Virus record (IMG/VR): IMGVR_UViG_3300043427_003610
Span: 20,554-84,553 of that record
Reading direction: 5' to 3' (one strand)
From: a virus
DNA: 64,000 nt
Under the pieces are notes generated by a model, which was not told where the DNA came from, did not search any database, and was given only the letters and a program-made list of their open reading frames with translations. Made by a program: the position numbers and the translations under genes. How positions within the stretch are numbered: position 1 is the first letter of the stretch; each line of letters opens with the position of its first letter. This document shows, one piece after another, positions 18,196 to 27,436 of this stretch.

Positions 18196-19203
18196 ATGGC
18201 ACCTCGCAAACCAAATGAACCGGCACAGAGCGGAAAGCGACCGACGCGCGCGTCGGATATAGTGTCCGCGGTGGAGGTGCCGGTTGAATGGACGGTACAG
18301 TTTCGAGAGCGAGCACCTCTACCTCCGCCCGGGGACTTCACGATGACCGTGAAGTTTCAGATGACCACGTCTGGATTTGATGAGGCGGCGGCAAGGTTGA
18401 AAAAGCTGATCGAGGCAAATGACGTGGTCGTGAAGTTGTTTGAGCGGGCCGTGTTGCAAAGCATCGTGGTCAATGTGCGTAAGCGCTTCCTCGCCAACGC
18501 GACCAAGGCGCTGGAAATGAAAGTGCTGGAGCAGAATGGTCTCAAGGTCCAGGTGTCGCCGCGGGAGCGCATGAATGACATCGACATGCAAAATCGCTTG
18601 TCGCAGGCTATGGCTGACCTCAACGAGGCGCAGTTTGAGGGAAAGGATGAAGACACGATAGCTAGTTTGCGGGAACGCACGCTCAAGCTAGGCGAGCGGC
18701 TACGAAACCGCATGGGCCAAGATCCAAAAGGTCGCCCGATAGGTCATCGATTGAGTCAGATCGCTGGAAACAATTTCCGGCGAATGATGCTGCGAATGCT
18801 GGCCCTGATTGTTGATGCGCAGTTCGTTCGCGGAGAGCGCAGCGGTGGCAGCATTACAGTGGGTGTTGGACCGACTTATTGGTTGGACCAGCTGGAAACC
18901 CCGTCGGCCACCATGGCGCTGACGGGGCTTCCGACCCGGTCCAAGTACAAGTCGTTCTGGCGGCATTTGGAGTTCGGTACCGGTGCCAGGAGAAGTGCGG
19001 CGAAGGACAAGCTAAATCCAGGTGTACGGCCGCCCTCGACGTGGTGGTACGGCAAGCGGCAGAAGAACAGCTTGCTGCTGGAAGGAACTGCTCCGATGAA
19101 CTTCCTGACTGACGCTGGTGGGCAGCTCTATCCGGAAGACATGACGGCGCTGGCGAAGGCACTCACGAAGGCGCTCGACGACCTCTTGTCGGTGAAGGCA
19201 TAG
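18196..19203 (+). CDS. HK97 gp10-like neck/tail protein
   Basis: FWRHLEFGTG and GTAPMNFL resemble the gp10 family (EfGT...pfL); start may be further downstream. Confidence 0.5.
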   Translation: MAPRKPNEPAQSGKRPTRASDIVSAVEVPVEWTVQFRERAPLPPPGDFTMTVKFQMTTSGFDEAAARLKKLIEANDVVVKLFERAVLQSIVVNVRKRFLANATKALEMKVLEQNGLKVQVSPRERMNDIDMQNRLSQAMADLNEAQFEGKDEDTIASLRERTLKLGERLRNRMGQDPKGRPIGHRLSQIAGNNFRRMMLRMLALIVDAQFVRGERSGGSITVGVGPTYWLDQLETPSATMALTGLPTRSKYKSFWRHLEFGTGARRSAAKDKLNPGVRPPSTWWYGKRQKNSLLLEGTAPMNFLTDAGGQLYPEDMTALAKALTKALDDLLSVKA

Positions 19204-19212
19204 GAGAAGCGA

Positions 19213-22200
19213 ATGGCAACCTCTGGTTTGAATTATCTCATTTCGGTGCAGCTGGACCAGCTTCAGGGTCTCCAGAAGCTGCACGACACCATTGTTGGCA
19301 TTCAGCAACTCTCCCAGAAGGGCGCAGACTTTAATGTCCGCGTCAATGCGTCGTCGCTTAGCGCGCTCACGAGGGAAATCTCGGACTCTGTCAGCAAGGG
19401 CTTTGGCCGCGCGAGCGCCAACGTAGCCAGCGGCGGCACCAGCGGACCCAGCGTCAGCGTCGACACGACGAAGCTCGAATCCTCGATCTCCCGCCTGGCC
19501 GAGGTGGTCGGCCGCATGGGCACTGGCGGCGGCGGTGGCGTCGCTGCTCCGCCGTCTGCGTCGCGGATGTCTACTGCGTCCCGCAACGTGCTGCGCGAGC
19601 TGGACGAAGTCATCAAGATGTACGACGACGTGTTGGCGCAGCGCGCAGAGATGACTAAGGAGATGGCTGCCAAGCTTCGCCGCTATGTCACGAAGATCAG
19701 CGATCCCGGGGCTGGCGAGGCGGGCATTCGCCAGGACCTCCTAGACTTCCGGGAGCGGGTGGCGAGCCGCGCTGGGCGCTATGGCGGCAGCGGAACGCCT
19801 GGGGTGGCCGTGGATGCGTCGGTGCTCAAGCAGGTCTTTGAGTCTGGGTCGCAGCAGCTTGCCGGTGCCATGCGCAAGGGTATTGAGGATGCCACCGCTG
19901 GTCTGTCCGCGGCGATCACCGATGCTGTGCTGAAGGGCTTTGCTGGTGGTGGCGGCGGAGGCGGCTCTCCTTATGCGAGCAGCCTTGGCGCACCGGAGGG
20001 GGCAGTAGCGCGTGTGGCCAACCGCTACCTGGGCGGTCTCAGCACGCGCGACCAAGGACTGTTTGTTGACGCGGCGGCTGGCGGCGTTATGGCGTTGCCC
20101 CAGCAGTACAAGGAGCTGCTCACGCTGCGTGTGCGCAGCACTGGGGAAGTGCTGCGGATCGAAGAACAGATCGGAGCGTTAATTAGGCGCCGCGGGAAGG
20201 GCCAGGATCTAGTGGCCTCCGCAACTGATGACCAGTCGCGTGAGCGCTATCAGCGGGGCGTTGACAAGCTTCAGGCCGAGATCGCGCAGGCATACCTCGA
20301 TAAGGATAGGGCAATTACGGCCGCACTCAATCGTCAGATTGACTCGGCGGTAGTCCAGTACCGGGCGGTGCTCGCTGGACAGCGCGGATCAAATCAGATC
20401 ACGCCAGACGAGTACAAGCGAAAGATTGGGGCGTTGTCGTACGCCGACGAGCGTCGCCAGTCTCTTGAAAGCAACAATCCAAATATCAACCGGGAGATGC
20501 TGCTCCTTCCGGATGCTCTTGCGCAGTACATTCGCGAAACACTGACGAAGTACGTTGAGCAAGTAAAGCGCTTCAAGACCAGCGGCCAGGCTATCGACCC
20601 CACGCTGCTGAGTGAGCTGCAGTCGAACGACTTTTTGGCCAACATTGCTGGCAGAGCCCCGACAGACAACGCGCAAGCCGCGGCAATTCTGAAGCGCCTG
20701 GTCCCCGTTGCTGCCGAGTTCGGCCGCACGAAGACGACCTACGAGTTTCTCAAGCAGCGAGCGACGATTGGGCTACCGACGTTCAATCCAAATCTCAATG
20801 TGGACACTGCGCCGTATCTCCCTGGCGAGGACGACCCTGGTCGACTGCCGATGGAAGATCGCGAGCGGTATCTAAAGACGTTCCTCGCGCGTGGGGGCAT
20901 GTTTGCGTCACAGACGGCGGAGCGCAAGGCGTACGCGGAAAAGCAGCTGGAGTTGATGTACCAGCAGCAGCGTGCGGGGACGTTGGGTGAGGTTGGCGAG
21001 CGTCGGTTGCTCGATTACCAGCGCGAGTTGGAGTTTGGCGGGCGGTACTACTACCCGCAGTCTGGCATGGCCCGTGGCATTATGTCCAACGGGATTCTCA
21101 TGGCACCGCAGGAAAGTGCCCGCGTTCGTGGCGGCGGCGCCCGGTCCGAAGTGATCGGCGGGTCGCTTGGAGCCGCGCAGGCTGCCCTGTCGAGCGAGAC
21201 CAAGGCCGCCCAAGAGCTGTACCAGGCCATGGGCTATGTCGAGGGTGCGCTCGGCCGGGTGACTCGCGCTATTGGCGACCTGGGTAAGGTCAAGTTCGAC
21301 CCCATCGTGGCGGAGTTCCAGAAGCTGTCGGCGGTCCTGCAGCCGTACGCGGCGAGCCTGGAGCGCGTCTCGAAGGCGTTGGACATGCAGTACGCGGCCA
21401 AGAAGATCACGGACGCCAAGGCCAAGCAGGAAGCCGTCGAGCAGGCCAAGACGGCCGGGCTCGCCGACCGCCTCGCCCTGGCGCAGTCCCTGGGCATTTC
21501 GGTCGCAGGCCCGGCATTCGCGGCACCGCGCCCGGGCAGCCAGTCGGCCTCTGGAATCCCGCTCATCTCCCAGGACCCCGAGACGCTCCGCGCCATGGTG
21601 CTCCGCGGGGCCAAGCAGATCGCCGGGCTTCAGGCTAAGTCCCAGGACCTCTTGTCCCTGGAGGCGGCTCAGCTCGCCGCCGGGCTGCCCTCCGCGGCTA
21701 CGGCACGACGCCTCGGCCAGACTGGGGCACAATACAATGCCACCCTGGGCACCTTTGCGACGAACGCCTCTGCCCTGGCCGGAATGGACCCCAGGTTCTT
21801 CGGCCGCTCCTCCCAGGACGTTATTGCGGCGTCCAGTGGTCTGCTCGGGGCGCAGGGTCGGAGCGTCCAGCTTGGAGACGAGATCCGGGTCCTGAAGACG
21901 TCCTTGGAGCAGTTCAAGGAAATTCAGGGTGAACTCAAGCGCCTTGAGGGCAATAAGAGCGATTCGGCGAATCTCCGTCGGCAGAGCCTGACCGACCTTC
22001 GCAACAAGCTCGTGGAGACTCGGGACGCCTCGCTGGACCGGCTGCTCAAGGGCGGCGTGCTGCAGCCCGGCGAGGCCAGCTCCAACACCGCCAAGGTCCT
22101 GGACACGCTGAAGACCAAGCAGCGTGAGCTGAACGCCGAGGTGGCCAAGTACTCCGACCTGCTCCTTAAGACCACCGAAAATTCGGTCAAGGCGGAGATG

Positions 22201-25200
22201 GCCGGTGGCGGGTTCCTGGACCGGGTCATTAACAAGTTCCAGAATTTGTCGGCGTATCTGTTCGCTGGTGGTGCACTCTTCACCATTGCGAACCAGCTTC
22301 GTCAGGCCTCGGCTGCGGCGATCGGTCTTGAGGCGGACATCGCGCGCATTCAGGGCGTGTTGTCCAGCAAGTCTGCCGGACAGGCCGGAATTATCGGCTC
22401 TGGAATCATGGGCGCTGCCTCGGATTACGGTGTTGACCTGCGACAGGCGGTGCAGTCGGGTAAGATCTTCGCGCAGACCGGTGCCACGCCGAGCCAGACC
22501 GTAGAGTTGACTCGGGCCGCCCTCGCCGCGCAGGTCGGCGCCGGGCTGGAAGCTGGGCAGGCCACCGAGCTGCTCATTGCGGTTGAGAACATTACGAACC
22601 GGCAGGTCAAGGCGTTCGACATTCTGGACCGCATTTCTAAGATCGAATCACAGTACGCCGTGTCCGCGCAGGACCTGTCCAACGCGATCCAGCGGGCCGG
22701 GTCTCTTGCTACGCAGCTTCAGCCGCAGGCTCTTGGCGCTGTGGACGCGCTCGACCTGATTATCGGCAGCGCGACTACTATCATCGAGCGCACGCGAGTT
22801 ACCGGCGAACAAGCCGCGACTTCGCTTCGCTTTATCATCTCCCGCTTGGCCGCTCCAGAAGTATCTCGTTCCCTGCAGGATCGTTTTGGTATCAAATTGG
22901 CGGGCGACGATCCGAATACCCTCCGGCCGCTACAGGACATCTTGAAGGACGTGGCGGACCGCTACCGTCAGCTCCGCGAGTCTGGCCAGACCGTGCAGGC
23001 GCAGCAGCTCCTGACGACATTCGCCGGTGCTCGCCAGTCCAACGTGGCGGCCGCGCTCCTTGAAGGCTTCAACGACGCGCTCCGTATCGCACAGGAAAGC
23101 TCGCTCGCGTACGGCGATACCCAGGAGCGTGTCAAAATCCAGCTTGACACCCTGCAGTCGAAATTTGAGCAGTTCAACACGGCCTTTACTGGATTCGCGG
23201 CGTCGCTGTTCAATGACACCGGCCTGAGTGCTATCCTGAAGCGCCTGCTCGATGCTGGAACGGCGGGGCTTCAGGCTTCGTCAAGCGGCCTTGGAGCTAT
23301 CGGTGTCGGCGCCGGTCTGGGCCTTACCAGCATGATCGCGCGCACAGGCTCAACCGCTCTTCTGACGGCGGCCACGAATCCGGGAGCCGCTAGGCTTACA
23401 ACGACTGTCGCCGGTGGTGCCGCAACTTTGCTTGGTGGCGCGGGCTCCGTGGCCGCTACTGGCGGGACCATTCTTGCGATTGTGGGTGCCCTGGAGCTGG
23501 CGGCGCGGTCCCTCGAGCGCATTGCCAAGCGTGAGGATGTGCGCACGGCGGAACGGTTTGACCGCGATATGTTCCGCGAGTCGCCTTTCTTCCAGGCATA
23601 CCAAGAGCGCGCGCTGCAGTTTGGCTTGTCTACTGACGACATGTCGGCGACGTTCCGTGCCGCGCTGACAAAAGCGGATACGCAGGTACAGAAGGAGCTG
23701 GCGGCGGGTACGCTGCGACAGGACCAGTCGTATAACAGAACGACGCTCCTGCTAGTGGAGGAGCTGGATAAGACCATTCCTGGATTTGCGACGCTGGGCG
23801 ATCAGGCGCAGCGCACGGCTAAGGCGCTTGAGCTGCTGCGTGAATCGGCGCGGTATTCTGCGGCTATTCCGCAGACGTACACGAACGAGTTCATTAAGGA
23901 CCTCGACAACCTAACGTCGGAATTCGACAAGAGCGCTCCCGACCTGGGCAGGGCACTTCGCAACTCGCTGACCGCGTACGCCGCACCTGGCGGAATCCGT
24001 AACTCGCTTGGTCTCCAGCAATACACGTATCGCTTCAATATCAACGAGTTCAGCAAGCAGTTTATGTACGCGGGTAGAAACTGGCTGAACGTCGGTGGTC
24101 TGACTGCGGCGGGCACTGGTAACACCTTCCAGAACCTAATTCGGCAGGGCGGCGTCGGCAATGAGATTGCCACGCTTGACAATTATGCGCGTCAGTTCCT
24201 GCTTGTCAGCGGTACGCAGCGCGCCCGGCTTGAAACGATTGAATCGCAGCTTCGTGCCCAGAACAAGCCGGTCAATGCGACGACCGTGCAGGGAGTCCTA
24301 AACGCAGACCGGAGCCTTACGGACGCGCAACGCCAGAACTTTGGGACCGCGTACTACCGTCTTGGCAATCAGCGACAGTTGTCTGATCAGATCATTCAGT
24401 CAATGAACACGGCGCTCGGAAACGAGCGCGGCCAGCGCCTGGTTCAGATGTATCGCGATAGCGGCGCGATTGGCACTGAGCCTGGTGAGGTGTTTGCCAC
24501 AGCGTTCCGGTCAGCAATTGAAGACGCTCGTAAGAAGCTAATCGAGTTTGCGCGTTCCTCTAACTACTCCACCGCCGAGATTGCAGAGCTAAACGCTCAG
24601 CTGAATCGTATGGCGGACAGTTCGGGCCGTGCCGCCAAGATGGCGAATCTGGCGATCACGAGCATCTCGGTTCGCGATCGTATGTTCGAACCGATTGTTG
24701 CGTACGGCAGCCAGATGGCGGAAATCGGGACGCGCGAGCGCATTTCCCGCCGGTTCGGAACATCATTTGACGGGGTTGGGGCTCGGTCGCAGGCGGCGCA
24801 GCAGTTGCTCGTGGGTCTTGATCAGGTGCCAATGCGGCTCTTGCAAGACCGTATTCGTGAGGCGGCCCGCCTGGTCGCCGGTGGTACTGGGACGATGACG
24901 GCGGAGATCCCGCTGACGGAAGACGGCGGCGGGGCGCGTGGATCGCGGGTGCGTCTGACGGAATCGGCGATGGTTAATGGATTTCTGCTCGGCCGTTCGG
25001 ATGACATCGCGAAGGTCAACGCGCTGAAGGATCAGTATATCAGCGCCACGCAGCAGGGCCTGGGCGGATTCATTGAGCAAGGCATGAACTCCGACAACGC
25101 TCAGCTGGCGGCGGTCGCCATGAACTTGAAGGACGCCCTTGACGCACTGGGAGCGTTTGGCGACGTCCGCACCAAGGATGACCTCCAGGAGCTTGCGCGT

Positions 25201-26571
25201 CTTGAAGGCGTACTGGAAGAACAGCGAAAGCAAGCCATTGAGGTCGTTGACGACTATATCGACACCGAGGTGAGGCGGACGACGCGTGGTCGCGAGATAG
25301 CCCGGGCTGGTCAGAGCACTAATCTAGACCTGCAACTTGCTGGCAATCGTGAGCAGGCGTTGCTGCAGGCGCGGCTCGGTAGCCTGCAGTCAGATCCGCG
25401 CATGGCCAAGCAAGCGCTTGACACGCAGCTTGAGCTGTTGACGGTACAGCGCAACGTTCGTGTGGCCGTAGCGACAAGCACTAGGGATAACGCGATTGAA
25501 ACTGCGCGGAACAACCTGGCGGCAGGTAGTGTTGAGTTGGGGCAGGCAATCGCTGACGCCACGGCGACGTTTGATCGCGAGGTGCAATCGGCGAACTCTG
25601 AACGAGCCCTCGGAGCCTACGGGCAAGTGTCGCAAATCAACACGCAGCTTACCCGTCGTCGGCAGGAAGAGGCGAATCAGCTGGTGCAGGACCTGACCAG
25701 CCCGCTTGCGGAGTTGCTGAGCAGCTCGAAGAACTTCTCTCGGGCAGGTTACGAGCGGGCGTTCGAGGGCGTTGGGCAGGCGGCGCAGCGCCGCCTGGTC
25801 GACATGTTCATGAAGAACACCTTCAGCGAGACCGGGATGCTCGGGGCGACGCTTCGAGACGCGTTCAACACTGGTGCGCTGTCTACGCAGACGGCGATCG
25901 AGGCCGGGTTCACCGCAGGGGTGGCTCAGCTGCAGGCCGCGATGGCTGGCCAGCTGCCCGGACAACTGTACAATGGTGAGGGCGCGATTACGTTTGGTGG
26001 TACCGGGGGCGCTGATGGTGCGGCGGCGGCTGGGTCCCAGGTTGCTGGTAAGCTGACGATGAGGCAGCGCCTCGGGAACTTCGCCAACGCGGCGCTCCCG
26101 CTGGCCGGGTCGTTGCTTGGTGGTTCGATCAATACGGGCGTCGACAACTCGTCGGCTGGAGAGGGTGCGGCGATCGGTGCCATGATCGGTAACATGATCG
26201 TGCCTGGCCTTGGCGGCCTGGCGGGCGGTCTGCTCGGCGGCCTCTTTGGAAGCCGGATCGGAAAGGGCGATGACGCCCAGGAACTGCAGGTTTCGGCCCT
26301 GGAGCGCATTGAGCGTAACACCAGGCAGCAGATCGAGGCGATTGAGAACCAGACGAAGATGCTCACGCTGGACAGCCGGTTCATGAACGTGCCGACCGGC
26401 TTCACGGTCCCTGGGTTCCGCCCGTTCGGCGTTGGCGGTGGCGACGTGAATCTTACGGTGAACATCAGCGGAACGAAGGGTGATGCGCAGGAAACGGCTG
26501 ATCTGGTGTCGTCGGCCATCCGGCGCGAGCTGCGCGGCCTCGGCACGAGCTACAACGTCCTGAATAACTAA
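19213..26571 (+). CDS. Tape measure protein
   Basis: 2452 aa, Ala/Gly/Gln-rich helical; TP901-type core (LEADIARIQGV..YAVSAQDLSNAIQRAG..TGEQAATSLRFIISRL); Gly-rich hydrophobic C-terminal segment. Confidence 0.92.
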   Translation: MATSGLNYLISVQLDQLQGLQKLHDTIVGIQQLSQKGADFNVRVNASSLSALTREISDSVSKGFGRASANVASGGTSGPSVSVDTTKLESSISRLAEVVGRMGTGGGGGVAAPPSASRMSTASRNVLRELDEVIKMYDDVLAQRAEMTKEMAAKLRRYVTKISDPGAGEAGIRQDLLDFRERVASRAGRYGGSGTPGVAVDASVLKQVFESGSQQLAGAMRKGIEDATAGLSAAITDAVLKGFAGGGGGGGSPYASSLGAPEGAVARVANRYLGGLSTRDQGLFVDAAAGGVMALPQQYKELLTLRVRSTGEVLRIEEQIGALIRRRGKGQDLVASATDDQSRERYQRGVDKLQAEIAQAYLDKDRAITAALNRQIDSAVVQYRAVLAGQRGSNQITPDEYKRKIGALSYADERRQSLESNNPNINREMLLLPDALAQYIRETLTKYVEQVKRFKTSGQAIDPTLLSELQSNDFLANIAGRAPTDNAQAAAILKRLVPVAAEFGRTKTTYEFLKQRATIGLPTFNPNLNVDTAPYLPGEDDPGRLPMEDRERYLKTFLARGGMFASQTAERKAYAEKQLELMYQQQRAGTLGEVGERRLLDYQRELEFGGRYYYPQSGMARGIMSNGILMAPQESARVRGGGARSEVIGGSLGAAQAALSSETKAAQELYQAMGYVEGALGRVTRAIGDLGKVKFDPIVAEFQKLSAVLQPYAASLERVSKALDMQYAAKKITDAKAKQEAVEQAKTAGLADRLALAQSLGISVAGPAFAAPRPGSQSASGIPLISQDPETLRAMVLRGAKQIAGLQAKSQDLLSLEAAQLAAGLPSAATARRLGQTGAQYNATLGTFATNASALAGMDPRFFGRSSQDVIAASSGLLGAQGRSVQLGDEIRVLKTSLEQFKEIQGELKRLEGNKSDSANLRRQSLTDLRNKLVETRDASLDRLLKGGVLQPGEASSNTAKVLDTLKTKQRELNAEVAKYSDLLLKTTENSVKAEMAGGGFLDRVINKFQNLSAYLFAGGALFTIANQLRQASAAAIGLEADIARIQGVLSSKSAGQAGIIGSGIMGAASDYGVDLRQAVQSGKIFAQTGATPSQTVELTRAALAAQVGAGLEAGQATELLIAVENITNRQVKAFDILDRISKIESQYAVSAQDLSNAIQRAGSLATQLQPQALGAVDALDLIIGSATTIIERTRVTGEQAATSLRFIISRLAAPEVSRSLQDRFGIKLAGDDPNTLRPLQDILKDVADRYRQLRESGQTVQAQQLLTTFAGARQSNVAAALLEGFNDALRIAQESSLAYGDTQERVKIQLDTLQSKFEQFNTAFTGFAASLFNDTGLSAILKRLLDAGTAGLQASSSGLGAIGVGAGLGLTSMIARTGSTALLTAATNPGAARLTTTVAGGAATLLGGAGSVAATGGTILAIVGALELAARSLERIAKREDVRTAERFDRDMFRESPFFQAYQERALQFGLSTDDMSATFRAALTKADTQVQKELAAGTLRQDQSYNRTTLLLVEELDKTIPGFATLGDQAQRTAKALELLRESARYSAAIPQTYTNEFIKDLDNLTSEFDKSAPDLGRALRNSLTAYAAPGGIRNSLGLQQYTYRFNINEFSKQFMYAGRNWLNVGGLTAAGTGNTFQNLIRQGGVGNEIATLDNYARQFLLVSGTQRARLETIESQLRAQNKPVNATTVQGVLNADRSLTDAQRQNFGTAYYRLGNQRQLSDQIIQSMNTALGNERGQRLVQMYRDSGAIGTEPGEVFATAFRSAIEDARKKLIEFARSSNYSTAEIAELNAQLNRMADSSGRAAKMANLAITSISVRDRMFEPIVAYGSQMAEIGTRERISRRFGTSFDGVGARSQAAQQLLVGLDQVPMRLLQDRIREAARLVAGGTGTMTAEIPLTEDGGGARGSRVRLTESAMVNGFLLGRSDDIAKVNALKDQYISATQQGLGGFIEQGMNSDNAQLAAVAMNLKDALDALGAFGDVRTKDDLQELARLEGVLEEQRKQAIEVVDDYIDTEVRRTTRGREIARAGQSTNLDLQLAGNREQALLQARLGSLQSDPRMAKQALDTQLELLTVQRNVRVAVATSTRDNAIETARNNLAAGSVELGQAIADATATFDREVQSANSERALGAYGQVSQINTQLTRRRQEEANQLVQDLTSPLAELLSSSKNFSRAGYERAFEGVGQAAQRRLVDMFMKNTFSETGMLGATLRDAFNTGALSTQTAIEAGFTAGVAQLQAAMAGQLPGQLYNGEGAITFGGTGGADGAAAAGSQVAGKLTMRQRLGNFANAALPLAGSLLGGSINTGVDNSSAGEGAAIGAMIGNMIVPGLGGLAGGLLGGLFGSRIGKGDDAQELQVSALERIERNTRQQIEAIENQTKMLTLDSRFMNVPTGFTVPGFRPFGVGGGDVNLTVNISGTKGDAQETADLVSSAIRRELRGLGTSYNVLNN

Positions 26572-26589
26572 GCTGCAACTTACGAACAG

Positions 26590-26624
26590 CTCCCCGTGAC
26601 TCGACTTATTAGAGTCACGGGGAG
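26590..26624 (+). promoter_or_regulatory. 13-bp perfect inverted repeat with the class B motif spanning its loop
   Basis: CTCCCCGTGACTC-GACTTATTA-GAGTCACGGGGAG. Confidence 0.7.
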
Positions 26625-26653
26625 TGCCGCATAGGGGAGTTTTCTAGTGCAAC

Positions 26654-26690
26654 GGCGTCCCGTGTCTTTCAGGCCACGGAACGCCTTTTT
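26654..26690 (+). terminator. Terminator-like hairpin upstream of the distal tail gene
   Basis: GGCGTcCCGTG-loop-CACGGaACGCC then TTTTT. Confidence 0.6.
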
Positions 26691-26707
26691 GCGTTAGGGG
26701 GATTGGG

Positions 26708-27436
26708 ATGCCGACGACGTTGACGACTGCCCCGCTGAACGGGTTCTACATCGCGATGGCGGATGCCGCTGGCGCGAAGACGGCCCGGGAGACTCGGCTC
26801 AATCCAGCCCCGGTGCGCGTGGATTACCCGAACCGTACGCTCGGGGAGATGATCGAGACCGCGGACGGCCGGGTCGTGGTCCAGGTCTCGAACAAGGACC
26901 CCCGTCGGCGCTCCTGGATGTGGGCCAACATGGGCCCCGAAATGACCATTGCGGAGCGCCAGCACCGGTGGCTCCAGCAGCTGGTCGCCCGCACCCGCCT
27001 CGCCCTCGGCCTCCCCCAGTACGTGTATGTCTACGACGGGGTGACTGGCCTCATGAACGTGAACCGGTCGCTGACGATTACGCCCTCTTCGCTGAGCGGC
27101 GACCGGCTGACCATCACGGTTCCGACCACCGTCTCCCAGGTCTATGCCCCGAACCTGGTCCACGGTGTCGTCGAAGTCCTCAACAACCCCAGCGGCGGCA
27201 GCAGCTTCCCGTACGAGCGCCGGTCCATCGTGTCGGCCACGAGCACGACGCTGGTCCTGGATACCGCCTTGAGCGGCACTCTGGGCACCAGCCAGATCAT
27301 CGTGACCTGGTCCGAGCCTGCCTGGTGGAAGGCCCGCATCCTGGACACTACCCGCGAGCTGCGGACCGAAGGCGGCCCGCCGCGCTACACACAGAGCATG
27401 CTCACGTTCGTTCTTGAAGAGGAGATCCCGGCCTAA
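26708..27436 (+). CDS. Putative distal tail protein
   Basis: First gene after TMP; RLNPAP..ETADGRVVVQ pattern. Confidence 0.55.
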   Translation: MPTTLTTAPLNGFYIAMADAAGAKTARETRLNPAPVRVDYPNRTLGEMIETADGRVVVQVSNKDPRRRSWMWANMGPEMTIAERQHRWLQQLVARTRLALGLPQYVYVYDGVTGLMNVNRSLTITPSSLSGDRLTITVPTTVSQVYAPNLVHGVVEVLNNPSGGSSFPYERRSIVSATSTTLVLDTALSGTLGTSQIIVTWSEPAWWKARILDTTRELRTEGGPPRYTQSMLTFVLEEEIPA

